Shown piece after piece: positions 11,304 to 23,739 of a stretch of DNA of 64,000 bases; the first letter of the stretch is position 1, and every line of letters starts with the position of its first letter. The stretch is from Pseudovirgaria hyperparasitica (taxonomy: Eukaryota), in assembly GCA_010093815.1 (NCBI GenBank), contig ML996570.1; one strand, 5' to 3'. The position numbers and the translations under genes were made by a program. The notes below the pieces were generated by a model that did no database searches, was not told where the DNA came from, and was given only the letters and a program-made list of their open reading frames with translations.

Positions 11304-11918
11304 CTAAGCGACGACAGAGTTCGCCTTCGTCGTATCCGTATCTTTGACAACCTCGTGCTGCCTGGCATCGTCCATCTTGATCTCGAATATCTGTCCACCA
11401 AGGCTCTTGATCGTTTCGTCCTCGATGCTTAGAAGAGCGGCCTTCATTGCCTCCACAGTCTCAGCCTTGAGGCCTTCGGGAGCTCTGCTGTAAAAGTCGA
11501 CTCCAGCAGGGGTGAAGAGTGTCTTGTTGAAGAACGTGACGGCGTATTCATTCTCGGAACCATGCTCTTTGCCAAATGCCATAATCTCCCACTTTGAGCT
11601 CGCAATCATGAGGAGACCCTTGCCTCGCCATTTGTAGCTCCAACCACCGTCTTGTGCAACATCTACACCGTCAACATTCTTAATCTTTGCAGCAGTAAGA
11701 CTTTGGTAGGAGACGTTATCGTTAATCTTGACCGGGCCATTGCCAGCTTGATGTGGCGTGTATGTGATGCGGATATTACGAGCCTTCTTCCACATGGGAA
11801 GTGTAGAATGCGTGACGTGCCATACTCCTTTCAGATCCTCGACAGATGGTGCAGTGAGACCCTCGGGCACCTTGGCTGAGGATGTGATGGGTGGGCGAAG
11901 AACGATTGAGGCAGCCAT
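11304..11918 (-). CDS. Conserved lipocalin/calycin-like protein
   Basis: 204 aa intronless ORF with the lipocalin-type GxW motif (LKGVWHVTHSTLPMW), YKWRGKGLL and a C-terminal KTLFTPAGVDFYSR. No signal peptide. Confidence 0.7.
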   Translation of the reverse strand: MAASIVLRPPITSSAKVPEGLTAPSVEDLKGVWHVTHSTLPMWKKARNIRITYTPHQAGNGPVKINDNVSYQSLTAAKIKNVDGVDVAQDGGWSYKWRGKGLLMIASSKWEIMAFGKEHGSENEYAVTFFNKTLFTPAGVDFYSRAPEGLKAETVEAMKAALLSIEDETIKSLGGQIFEIKMDDARQHEVVKDTDTTKANSVVA

Positions 11919-12734
11919 GATAGCTTGAGAGTGGCTCTGCCGTCGGTGAGTATATGGAAGCGGCGGGATCGTGAGAATGGCGGTTCTTTGGTTGTTAGAG
12001 TAGTGTGAGCGATGATATTACGAGAGGAGGGCAATTGGAGTATGTATGCACCTACCTAAGCTCTACCTTTCATTAAGATGAAAGATGAGTGTCGCGCTAG
12101 CCGTAGCTTTGGAAAGTGCACCGGGAGTTAAGACTTCCGAGTTGGGGAAGAGAAGGCATCATGAGCCTTGGAATAGACCATCAAGTGGCGGCGCACAGAT
12201 GTGCGACATTCCGAGTAGTCAAAGTTGACTAGAGTATCATCGTGGTGATGGGATCGTACATCATCATCTTTCAGCGCTCTTGGGCTTTGATGATACGAAC
12301 TTGAAACGGATCGACGCAACGGGCGAAGGCGCAGTCTTGGCGCCGGGATATCAGTCGAACAGTTGTAGGTCCCATTCTTCCACCGTTTGGTAAACGTTAT
12401 TTTGACCCACTGTCGATTGACCTTACACTGATCAACATACTTCGGGAACAGCATATTTGAGACTTACGAGCATCAAGTGCTACATTCTGGCAATCCAGAA
12501 CTTGTGTAGCCTTTACGAAAGCCTAGATGGCAATTGATCAACATAAAACTTTCGTACATAGCATAGCAACTTGCGCTAACTATGCAATATGCCAAATTCC
12601 AGCCCCCAAAGTGGGCCTTCTCATCGCTACGTCAATTATCTCCGACCTAGGCTAACGAGAAAGGATGCCTCATGTGAAGCCATGGTCGTTGTTTAGCGGG
12701 TTCCAATTGCTATTTGGTGTCAACTTGGACACGA

Positions 12735-14126
12735 ATGTCAAATAGACATATTCTAGGCACAACACACAACATATACACCACTTTGAAGAGGTTGGACACA
12801 GCGGTGCCTTCCGAGCAAAGCCGATACACACCTGTGCCAACTCCAATGGCAGACGAGGAGATCACTATGGCCGATGCCATCGCTCTGTACCGCTCGAAAT
12901 CCCCCACCGACGAGATTAGTGAGCTTTTTATAGTCCTCGCAACGCTGGGAATGTATATGGTTCCACTTGGTGTGATCAATCTCCACGACCTAGATAGCGC
13001 CCGAACTGCTGTCCGACAAGCCATCTCCGTGACCTCGCCGACCTTTGCAACCCGCTACGATGCTCTCGACGAGCAGTTGAAAGGCGTCATAACATGCGCT
13101 CTCGTCCTTTGCGCTGAGTGCTACCCTATGAAGATATATCACGGCTTCGGTGTCGGCGTATACAACGACTGGCTATGGGCCGCGAAATGCTGGGAGAGCG
13201 GGACATGTACAGAACTCGACAGGATAATCGCAGCTGTCAAGGACGAGCGCAAGGATTTTTGGCTGCTACGAAAGGTACCTACAGGCATGAGCCGGATCCA
13301 GCCTATCCGTGAGAAGATACCATTGAAGCAGAGGAAAGACATGGTGAAGGCCCGCGAGGATATGGCGAAGAGGCTGGAAAAGAAAGGCTTCCCGCAGCCG
13401 CACGATAAGAGCTTTAAGATCAATGCGTGGTGGATCCCATTTGCTACGTGGGACTCAGCGTTCCTGCTTTACAACGAGGGTCACAGCTTCGAGCGCTCGG
13501 TACGATGGCAGACAGATCCTGGACGTCTTTTATACGCTTTCATTGTCGATCGCGAGCTTAATCTACGGGATGGCGAGCTGATGCTGGTCCCCGCGGGACC
13601 TGGAGAATGCCTCGTTCGCTGGCTCGAGGGCTTGCAAGGCATGGGAATCAAGATTGTACCAGAAGTAGATCTGAATATCAAGGGGCTAGGATTGAGCTCG
13701 TCGACTAGAGACACATTACACTTTCACGGTCGTCAAGACGCATACGTCATTCGAGATCATCACTCCGCCCCCAGACGACCAAGCGCTCCACACCTCCCGA
13801 CAACGCATTATGTAGCGAAGACCATATCCAGTCCATCTCACATGGTAGAGATGCCCGGCGACACAACACATCAAGACTCGGCTCTGTGTGTCAGCACTGT
13901 GCGGCCTCCTCCGTACACCACGTCCTCATCATCACGGCCTAGGCCCGAAGCCAGCCCGGTAATCCTGCAACCAGATTCGTTTAAAGCCGATGATAGAACA
14001 ATCGCGTCGCTCCAGACCCAGCCACTCTCGCCTTCTCAGACGAGTTTCAAGACGACGAGTACGAAGTTCACGGAGGGTCGAAGTACAAGCTTTCTCAGAG
14101 GGCTAATGCCGGGTGGGAAGACATGA
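12735..14126 (+). CDS. Hypothetical protein (start may be the ATG at 12846)
   Basis: Open frame of >460 codons with a globular-looking N-terminal two thirds and an S/P/T-rich tail. No motif recognised. Confidence 0.6.
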   Translation: MSNRHILGTTHNIYTTLKRLDTAVPSEQSRYTPVPTPMADEEITMADAIALYRSKSPTDEISELFIVLATLGMYMVPLGVINLHDLDSARTAVRQAISVTSPTFATRYDALDEQLKGVITCALVLCAECYPMKIYHGFGVGVYNDWLWAAKCWESGTCTELDRIIAAVKDERKDFWLLRKVPTGMSRIQPIREKIPLKQRKDMVKAREDMAKRLEKKGFPQPHDKSFKINAWWIPFATWDSAFLLYNEGHSFERSVRWQTDPGRLLYAFIVDRELNLRDGELMLVPAGPGECLVRWLEGLQGMGIKIVPEVDLNIKGLGLSSSTRDTLHFHGRQDAYVIRDHHSAPRRPSAPHLPTTHYVAKTISSPSHMVEMPGDTTHQDSALCVSTVRPPPYTTSSSSRPRPEASPVILQPDSFKADDRTIASLQTQPLSPSQTSFKTTSTKFTEGRSTSFLRGLMPGGKT

Positions 14127-14884
14127 TGGAAACCTGTCGATATCCTTGTCAAGTGATTTCGCTATAGTTGCTTTGTGCTCTTCGACTTCTGTGCACCACT
14201 TCGCACTAGAGAGTGACGATTGCGGTTCTTCAGACTGCTCTATGCGTTCACAACGGCTTGTCTATATTTGCTGTCATCGACAGTAGTGCAGTCTTTCGCA
14301 ACGTACCTAACGTGATCTCGAGTGGCACCTTGTCATGCTGCTCCTTTGAACCTATTCACATGAACCGCGGAACCTGTGTCGCGCCGCAATCGCGAATAAC
14401 TCCCGGACGCAACAATCTGTATAGTGTAGCGTGAGAGAAGATATATGCCGTGGCATGTCCTGTACTGTTGGGAAGGGTAGGAAAAAAAGCCGGACAGACG
14501 TGCACTTGGTCGTCGTCGGCCCGGCCAAAGACGTCCCTTTTCGCGTAGCCTTCGGAGAGTTCTCGTGTTTCTCCATTCCCTGTAGCTGCATAAAATCTGT
14601 GTACGATCGAGTAACTTTGTCATTCATGGCGTATGCTGAACGGTACTGTGCGTGTGTCTCTGGGGAAGGAGGCTTTTAGAGTTCTAGAGAAACTGATTTG
14701 GAAGCAATGTTATATAAACATCTGAGTGTAAATTATGTTCCTAGCATGGTGTCAGTCATCTGTCTGCACTGATTCGATCAGACTATACTCACGCCAGGCA
14801 TCCCATGCACATCGCACTTCCTCAGTACATCTCACAGCAACACCCACATATTGTCCGCCTCATTTACGAAAGGGCATTATAATC

Positions 14885-17800
14885 TCAGCCTCGCCGCAGC
14901 TCGTATTGCGACAGAATAAACAGTGGAATCGGCTTCGTTGCAGCATCATCGTCTTCGCGCAGCTCCCAGTGGTACAGCGGCTCGTCACCCATGGCGCGCA
15001 CAACTGAGCGCGTTGCGTCTTGTAGCATCTTGACGATGCCGCCCTCGTAGTCTACGAGCAGCCGTGTGCTGGCGAACGTCTCGATGACCTTCAGGCGCCC
15101 GGATTCCAGCCCGAATCTGTCGCCTTTGTGCAGTTGGCTGATGCGCCATGGACGCTTGCTGTGTGGGTTCTTGGCTTGAATGTCAGTTTGTGGTCATTGA
15201 GCACAGGGGTTAGAGGGATGGGTGAGTAGACGGATATATACGGACCTTTTCGACGTTGATCTTCCGCAGCTCTAGGCCTGAGGGCTTTGGCGCACGGGGG
15301 TTGATGACGAGAGAGGTTTCGAGCAGCGGATAGCCCAGGTCGGGGGAGTAAGGGTGCAGCGTAGTCTGGCAGGTTGCACCGGCCTTATAGTCGGACTGCA
15401 GACAGCGACCGCTCATGACGACAAAGGCACAGGTGTCTTTGGAGTCGGCCAGGAAGCTGGTCCAGCTGTGCGGGTTGTTCTTGAGCTTGACGCGATACCG
15501 CGTGTCGTCATGCGGCATCCACAGTGCACGCAGTGTGCCGTCCTGCTCGAAGCTCGAGTACCGCAGTCCGTCGAGACACCAGGAGACTAACTGCTCAAGA
15601 TCACGGCGCCACTCACGGTGTCGTTTCCACAGGTGGCGGAAGGCGTACGGGTCGTCATCTTGGAGGGCTTCGTGGAAGGCCTTCTCGCAGGGGGAGGGCT
15701 CGGCGTTGGTCTTGCAGGCTTCGAGCCAGTTGCGCATAGTGGTGCAATTGAGAATGCTTTTGAGTCGGCGTCTCCGTGCATTTCGGCTGCAGAAGGAGAC
15801 TTCGACGCCCAGGAAGTGTTCGAGGATGGCGGGATTTCGATTCCCTTCTTTGTTGCGCCAGGCGTCGCAGATTGCGTCTTTTAATGTGACTCCAGCACGT
15901 CGCTGTAATTTTGTTGGTCAACTGGCCATTATGTGGTGGTGTTAGTTGTTTAGGCAGGACTCACCTTGTATACTCGTGTCCCACCCAGTTGTACGCCTTG
16001 GAAGCCCATACCGAGCTGGACTGACTCTTCTGCGAGTTCAGAATATCCAGCTCGGGTTCCAATCTCTTCCAACAGGTGCTGAGATTTCAGCTGCCGAATG
16101 ACTTTTCTTGTCTTGTTCTGGCATTCTTCATTCTCTTTTAAACACGAGGTTCTAGTGTAGTTAGAGGCACTGTTTCCATGTTCCAGCCGTTCATTATAAG
16201 GCTAAAAAGTCTCACTCACCTTCGATCGACAACGGTAGGAGCTCCTATCAGTAATGTTTGTTCTGTATTATTACCTATCGGCTCGCTGGGGTATGTCTCC
16301 CCCAAGCGAAGCCAATGGCATAATATTTCATCGTTCAGCGGCGGATGCTTAAAGCTGCTCGACCATGCTACGATCGCACCAGGGCCAGCATTGTATCTGA
16401 CAGTCGTAGACTCATTCATCACAGCCCATACTGGACCCCATATATCGGCGAGCTGATTGACAGATGCAGATAACCAGAGATCCTGCTTGTGATCTCGACT
16501 TGATTGTGGCTGTATGACCCATACCTTCTGGTGCGCGAGAAACTCGCCAAGGCATCGCAAAGAGCGCCGTCGCAAGACCAAGCCCGCCTTACTCCGTGTA
16601 GCAAATGTCCAAGCAGTAGTAATCTTTGCGAAATCGAGGTCTTGCTGGATGTGGCGGGTATCGAATCGCTCGACGTGGGCGCCACTGTATGATACAACGG
16701 CGAGATCGCATAGTATTGAAGCTGTTCGCCAGATGGTACATTCTGAGAAACTTTGCTGTTTCACGGGGCAGTCTTGCAGTAGAGCTCGAGCGGCCTGAGT
16801 GACTTGATTCAGCTGGCCTTGGATTTCGGGCGTCCATTGATCTGCACCCTTCTGCATAAAAGAGACAATGCGATCTAATGCGTGCTCCAAAGCCACATGG
16901 AGAGATCGGATTGTCTCTACATGAATGGTAATAAGTCGCACCACATCATCCCTAGAGGGATCGAGGGTGAGGTAGTTAATTGACTCGTCACAGAATCCTA
17001 CTCTTCGCATTTCTTCGACATTGGCTAGAACCCCTAACATAAGATTTCTGCATTCGAGAAGATGATAAGCCCAGTAAGCAAATACTGTCGGAGCATCCTT
17101 CTCGTTGTATCCCTTCGAAGAGAATGATCTGTCACTCTTGCAGAATTGTATAACCTGATCATCGTAATTGGGAAAGCACCATGTCAAAACGGCACTGGAC
17201 TGATCAGGGAATGCGACGTGGAGATTGAATACCCCGGTTGGGTATTCCTGCCTTTGGGTGCTTTTCATAAGATGAAGCCCTGATCTGCTGATTACGTTTG
17301 TTTCCAGGTTTTCAAGTTCTTGGTAATAGGCCCTAGAATTGATCAAAGGCTCATCGCGGTCCACATCTGGAGGAAGACCATGATCGCTAAAGACGGAGGA
17401 TGAGAGATCTGTAGCCGATTCGTTTTCGTAGTCGGAATTCTCGGCCGCAGAATCGAAAATGGTGTCTCCGGACTCGGAAATGGTGGACTGTGTGCTTTCG
17501 ACTTGAGATAGCGACGGCATCTGTGTGCGAGAAGTGATTGGAAAGGCAGGCTTTAGAGATACGTCGAAGAGATCTCGGAATGGCGACGTTACTATAGCTT
17601 GCCTTGGTTGGACACCAAGAGCTTGGGCATAGGTGAAGCGGTTTTGAGCTCCCAGGTATGTGTTTTGCGCCTTCAAAGGCTGAGCTGACCGGCCGAATGA
17701 CTTCAAGACTGGGTCGAAGTGCTTGCCCTGGAAAGAGCCTTCACGGCGTTTGCTGGGCTTGCCTTTTCTCCATGAGGGCTGTTCAAATGAGTCTGTAGAC

Positions 17801-18146
17801 CCGGTCAGTGCCCCTATTGAGAGATGGTAAATTGATACTAGCCTTGATCTTCTCGTGGACTGCCTCGACTTTGTGAGTCATCTCTTTGGCATCGAGGTTT
17901 TGCTGCCACTGATAAAGGCGGAGCACTAGATCTCCTTTCGCCCTGCAGTTCAGGTCTGGGAGTTGAAGTCCTGGAAGGTGGTGGCTCACTGTCGCGCACC
18001 CTAATCCGATCCTTTTTTCCACGTGGTTGTGGCGCAATGAGTCCTGCGAAACGCGTAGTATCTCCGGTGCTATGGCTTGCAGGAGTCGTCCTGGATTTGC
18101 TGACATCAATGCTCCCTCCTATCCTATTGCGCTTGGCTTTGTCCAT
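14885..18146 (-). CDS. Large fungal hypothetical protein (~1000 aa, 5 exons)
   Basis: Exons 18146-17843, 17792-16220, 16151-15965, 15902-15246 and 15169-14885 splice in frame; the first intron is GC-AG. Conserved-looking blocks: YSGAHVERFD, RRRSLRCLGEFL, QLADIWGPVW, GVEVSFCSRNARRRRL. Confidence 0.75.
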
Positions 18147-19762
18147 GATATTCAGCGGCTACGCGATGAGCGGTGGCGTTTCGATCGCTGTGAACCAAAA
18201 GCTTTGAGGTCATGCGACTTCCTGAGAAGTGATGCAGTAGGATAGTGCGCTCATCACATTTCACAATGAATCTCATCAACCGTCATACTGTAGTCAGCGA
18301 TGTCTGAATTTCCTGACAAGTTTTCCGCGGTGTGTCAGAGAAGTCAGCCGCAGCCGCAGAAGTGGCCTGCAAAGCGATTGGCTAGGTAGCCCCGTGGGCA
18401 AGGCTGACAAGCTATAAATGACAATTTGGCCCCAGGGCCGCGGAATTCAAAATCATGTCTGAACCACAGCAAAACTTTCTTTGATGCGAGTGATGAATAT
18501 TCGATATCATTTCATCTGACACGCTGCAAAATGGAAGAACAATATCTACTCCTCAAAGTTGACTCTCTTGGTGGCTGCAGCGGTTCGTAGACGAGTGCAC
18601 TTGGCGAGAGAGACCTTCAGCCAGTGACATGTCTAAATAGGAAGCATGAGGGCGACAATGAACTGAGACGGGCCTGAGCTGGTATCTCTAACAATCAGAG
18701 AAATACCGTAACTGGCCTCGAGGCTGATGAGATGCATGTTTCTTGAGAAGCATAAGATAAAGAGAAGATGGAGATCTGCTATTTTGCTGCCCACGCCTGA
18801 TTGGCACTAAGCTCTGTTAGGCTAAGTATTTCTATGTATATGGTTGGAGGTTATAAAAAGCACTGTATGCGCTTATGAAGTAATGTTATACCAGTCTTGG
18901 AAGAATGGAATATGGACTCTGATACTTATCCAGCCTGCTAGTCCAAGATTCGTCAGGAGTATTCCAAGCCGTTTTGGCATGACCAAGCGAGACGACCCTG
19001 ATCTTCTCATTGAAGTATATACTATAGCACAAGCTCCATCAGGCCTGTTTAGGCGGCGCGTATTCGATGCACCTTGCAGTATGTTCAGTATTCACATGTC
19101 TCACGTGCACCTGAGTCCTTTGTCTAATTGGCTCTTTCACCAACTGTACTAATTACGAACCGTGTCCGAAACTCAAGATGTCTCTGGGTCTGGCCAAACA
19201 ACCGAAGCGGCTACATTTGTTTACAAGTCGGTCCATGCGAAAAGATAAATCTGATACTCAGGACACGGCATCAGCTACTAATATTAGACCTAAGAAAGGT
19301 TCTGTGAAACCCATTGAAACAGAGGAAAGCCAATTGACCATGTTGAAGGCTCATACTCAATATCCAGCAGTGTGGGGGAAGAGGGGTACTATTCGCAGCG
19401 CGGGAGTTGAGTGGAGTCCCGAATAGCTGGATAGATGCAGGAGACACGAAACACAATCTCACCGACATCTCATTCCATGCAATGTTGCTCATTAGAATTG
19501 ATCAATGCTATAAAAGGGGACCTTTTCTCTCAACTAAATCATACTCTTCCTCTTTCCTTGATCACTTCACTGTGTTCCAATTGTGCTTGTGTTTCGCCCA
19601 GACATTGTTCCATAGCACCTACCCCGCTATATATTTGTTGTCTGCCCCTCCTTCATTTCATCCCCAACGCCTCAGACCGCTATTTAAGTTCCGGTTCCAA
19701 TCTTCCTACCCTCCTCAACGACCAGCAATTCGCCCTATTTACCGACTTCACAATCTGCCAAG

Positions 19763-20584
19763 ATGACTGTTCGTTAGCCCAATCGTCTCACTCCACTTCA
19801 CAAACACCCCAACTCTCAACTGACACAACACCCCTTCACACAGAAAATTAAGCAAATCCTCCTCGACTGCGATAACACGCTCGCCCTCTCAGAGCACCTC
19901 GCTTTCGAAGCCTGCGCAGACCTGACCAACGAGCTCCTTCAGAAATACAAAATCGATGCCACCTACACGGGCAAGGAGCTGCTGACGGAGTTCGTAGGGC
20001 AGAACTTCCGCGGCATGATGGTCGGCCTGCAGAAGAAGCACAACTTTGACATGGACCAGGCCGAGCTGGAGCGCTACGTCAACATGGAGGTCGACCGCGT
20101 CACCGCAAAGCTGCTCGAGAAGTGCGAGCCCTGCCCCGGTGCCCCCGAGATGCTCGAGTGGGCCAAGCAGAAGGGCTACCCACTGGCTGTCGTGTCCACT
20201 TCTGCGAAGCCCCGTGTGGTGGCCAGTCTGAAGAAGTGCAACATTGACAAGTATTTCAAGGATGAGCATGTCTGGAGTGCAGCTACATCGCTCAACCCCC
20301 CGTCATCTAAGCCTGACCCCGCTGTGTATAACTTTGCCATGAAGGAGCTGGGCGTGAAGCCCGAGGAATGCATCACGGTTGAGGACAGCAAGAGTGGCGC
20401 TACGGCAGCCATGCGTGCTAACATTCCGTTCATCGGCTACGTAGGTGTCTATGGCATCGAGGACGGCAAGGAGAAGATGGAGCAGATGGCAAAGGTTCTG
20501 ACGGAGCAGTGCAAGGCTGCTGTCATCATGTACGACTGGAAGGAGTTTCCTGAGTGCTTGAAGAAGATCGAGGAGAGCTCTTAG
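19763..20584 (+). CDS. HAD-superfamily hydrolase, subfamily IA (beta-PGM/CbbY-like phosphatase)
   Basis: Two-codon first exon (ATG ACT) and intron 19769-19843. Motif I LLDCDNTL, motif II VVSTS, motif III KPDPAVY, motif IV VEDSKSG. Confidence 0.88.
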
Positions 20585-21035
20585 ATCTGCGTACTTGCCA
20601 CCACACACCTCATAGGTCCGACCTTCTGATTCTTTTCAAAAGACGTCGCAGCAGGTACTATACTCAGTCAAAAGTCTAAAAACAAGCCCAAAGATATCAT
20701 ATACGCTAGAAGGAGCAATATGCATGTTATGGACCTAGAGACAAAAATTCCAGAAATCACAGTTATGACGTCTCATGCTGGAGAGAGTGAACTTTTTTCT
20801 TCTTCTCATTATTGATACACGTTTCGGCCCCAAGACCTCCCTTCATACAGGTTCGCACTGTCCCAACCCGTGATGTACAATATACATTAGGAATATGGTA
20901 TCTTTCGCTAAAACAACAAACTGCCGGACACGGCAGGGGCAAAGGAACGAGAACTACACACCTCATAATGTCTTCATCTCATCATGTCGCCATTCTCCAT
21001 CTTTTCTGTTCCACATGTGTGTCTGGAGGTGGCAC

Positions 21036-22775
21036 TTACGCTACATACGCTGGCGGCGCCTCACTTGCACCTTCATCACTTCTCTTCCGCTCCCTGTCCC
21101 ATGCGGCTTGCACCGCCTTTCCATCACCTGCTCTCCTCAGCGGCGGACGCGCACTTCCCTCATCCGGACTGCGCGAGCGTTCGCGCTCCTCGGCGACCTT
21201 GCGTGCTATCTCCTTTGCCATCTTCATCATCCACGCCTGCTCAAGGATGCCACCTGTGCTGGCTAGGTTGCTCATGCTGACCTCGGCGATGCTCGGCGAA
21301 GCGAGTAATGTCGGGCTCGACGAGGAAGGGTAGCGGTCTAAGGAAGTTGTTTGGAGGAGTGGCGTTCTGGAGGATGTGGTGGGTTTCGGGTGATGCAGGA
21401 CTTGTGGAGCGAAAGGAACGGGTGCTTGAGTGTATGTTGGGGTAGAGTCTTCATGAGACGGGGTGGAGGTTTGGCGCGACGGGCCTTGGTTGTCAAAGAC
21501 GTCAAGACTGGTTGGTTTCGCGTTGAAATGTACGTTTCTGTGTACTGGGCGAAGGGTAAGTGAGAGGTCGTCGTCTTGTGAGAGAGCGGGAGCGGAAGAG
21601 GGAGTTGCGAGAGGCGTGATGGGAGTTTCGGGAGTAGTACAGTCGTCCGTTTTGTCTTTTCGAAGGTTGATTACTCGCTTCTTCCGTTTACGATTCGAAT
21701 TTCGTGATCGGCCTCCACCCAAGCCAAGGCCTGAATATATTGAGCTAGCTCCGGAAATCGACGGACGAGATGCTGTAGTTCCAGTGTCGCTACCTTCAGA
21801 GATACTTGGCGCAGATAGAGATGTGGTGCTAAGAGTAGATTGTACGCGTGATAGGGCAGATCTGGTGAGTGTTGGAGATTGCAGACCGGAGCTCTCGGCT
21901 CGTTCAGCTGCTCCTGCCCAGGCACGGAAGACGGCGCCCTGTATGGATGGCGTAAACAGTGATAAAGTCTTCTGAGACTCCGCGAGTGCTGCCAGACGGA
22001 GGATGTTCTTGTTTGAAAATGACGCATGAGTTTCAGCGCTATCTAGTGACCAACCAGCTAGGTCACCTTCATCCAGTGCATTGCCAGCGTTGTCAATAGG
22101 GTCTTGAGCAGGGTTGTATAGGGGGTCTACAGTATTTGCGCCTCTAATCGCTGGCGCATGTTGCTCCTCCATCTCTTGATAATCCGGAACAAAAAGGCGA
22201 AGTGAGAGACGATGTAGGATAGCCGGCAGATCCTCCATAAATAGCACGCGGAGCTGACCCTCGATTTCTTTTTGTAAGTAGTCTCGCACGAAGGGTATCG
22301 AATCAAATGTAGAAGATACTTTCAAGGATTCGAGAGGGTCGTTACGAAATACGAGGGTAAGTCCTTTCTGTCGAGAGAAGACAAGGATAACGAACCCCGA
22401 CAGCCGAAAGTCAGAGAGAGTTATCGAGAGTGGAATTGTGAGGCTAGACGCAGCGGCAAGCGGTTGTGGAGAGGCAAAAGAAGGTTTGGTAGACAAGTAA
22501 GTGTTCAACGGATTGGCCTGGACTCGCGTTTTAAGGGTCAGAAACGCGTCTCCAGTATATGACATCTTAAAAATTCCTCTGAATCTATCTTCAGCCAAGT
22601 CTCCGATCTCGAGTATTTCCAGCTCTGGAGGTATAGATCCCAGGTTCAACTCTGTTACTATGATGTCGTCTACAATGATGGGAGGTTTCGGCGACTTGTT
22701 CAGAGCAGCTGTAAGCATGTCCTTGGCGCGAGTAGTATCCGCGATGAGTGGGGACCAGTTGAAGTTGAACGCCAT
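21036..22775 (-). CDS. MDM34: Mitochondrial distribution and morphology protein 34 (ERMES subunit, SMP domain)
   Basis: Diagnostic N-terminus [10 protein letters not shown]..., [46 protein letters not shown]; low-complexity C-terminus ending in PPAY. Confidence 0.95.
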   Translation of the reverse strand: MAFNFNWSPLIADTTRAKDMLTAALNKSPKPPIIVDDIIVTELNLGSIPPELEILEIGDLAEDRFRGIFKMSYTGDAFLTLKTRVQANPLNTYLSTKPSFASPQPLAAASSLTIPLSITLSDFRLSGFVILVFSRQKGLTLVFRNDPLESLKVSSTFDSIPFVRDYLQKEIEGQLRVLFMEDLPAILHRLSLRLFVPDYQEMEEQHAPAIRGANTVDPLYNPAQDPIDNAGNALDEGDLAGWSLDSAETHASFSNKNILRLAALAESQKTLSLFTPSIQGAVFRAWAGAAERAESSGLQSPTLTRSALSRVQSTLSTTSLSAPSISEGSDTGTTASRPSISGASSIYSGLGLGGGRSRNSNRKRKKRVINLRKDKTDDCTTPETPITPLATPSSAPALSQDDDLSLTLRPVHRNVHFNAKPTSLDVFDNQGPSRQTSTPSHEDSTPTYTQAPVPFAPQVLHHPKPTTSSRTPLLQTTSLDRYPSSSSPTLLASPSIAEVSMSNLASTGGILEQAWMMKMAKEIARKVAEERERSRSPDEGSARPPLRRAGDGKAVQAAWDRERKRSDEGASEAPPAYVA

Positions 22776-23324
22776 GATGGAGTTGGTGGCGATGATTTGC
22801 GATGCTAGAGTAAAAGTGTTCTATCTCTCGCAGCAGGACTGTTTGATGCGCAAACCGGGAACAATGTCTCAGTTACGCCGGGTCGCGAGCGTCGCGTGAG
22901 AGCGTTGATAGTGCTGCGCGTGGCCCCTTGTGCGCCATCAGGCGATGTAGATTTAATGGAGGGTGCTGGCGAGACTGTCAAGTTATAGTCTGAAGGGAGG
23001 TTCGAAGGCTCGTATGATGACGACGGATGGGCAGGATAGAAGGATGACGGATCGCAGTGTGTTGAAGCAGAGTTGGAAAGATGAAAATTCTGGGTATGGA
23101 ACGGGGCGCCGGCTGTCGATAGGCAGTGGAAGCCACTAAGGGACAGGGCTGTGGGTGGCGTCATACGCAGAAAAGCTCCACCAACAAGGCCAATTTTCTA
23201 TCCATTCTACCTCGGACCACATGTGAAGCGTCTAAACTACAAGACGAATGGCTTCATAAAGATCAAAACTTGGATATTCGAAGTGCTAGCAGAACAGTAA
23301 TAGTAGCAGCGGCACATGCTTCTA

Positions 23325-23739
23325 TTACTCGCTTGATTTTGCATCGCTAGCAAGTAACGCTTCCACTTTGGCCGTCTTGTCAGCAAAGCTTTGCTTCTTG
23401 TCGGTCCTTGTGCCAACTCTGATATCGCTTTGGATTCGCACCACGCCGTTAGAATGCAGCATCGAGTGTGCTTGTCCAATGATCTTCATCACCGCATCCC
23501 AAGAGCCCTCTACACGTGGTATTAGCACATTAACCTTACAGACAATGGAACTGTACCGTCTTACCGATCGTTGTGCCAGCTGAGTGCATCTGATAGTTAA
23601 GCCCCGACGCTTTCAATAGCCGCTGAACCTCTGCGACTTCTTTTGAGACTGAAGCAGTGGGAGTTCCGATGGGAATGAGGCAGACATCGGCTGTACAGGC
23701 TGGTGGGGTCGGGAGCGTCAGTGGATTCATGTCGGCCAT
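23325..23739 (-). CDS. ECM15: UPF0045 / thiamine-binding (YkoF/MTH1187-like) protein, ECM15 homolog
   Basis: Intron 23510-23564 joins ADVCLIPIGTPTASVSKEVAEVQRLL..MHSAGTTI to EGSWD..RIQSDIRVGTRTDK. Confidence 0.88.
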
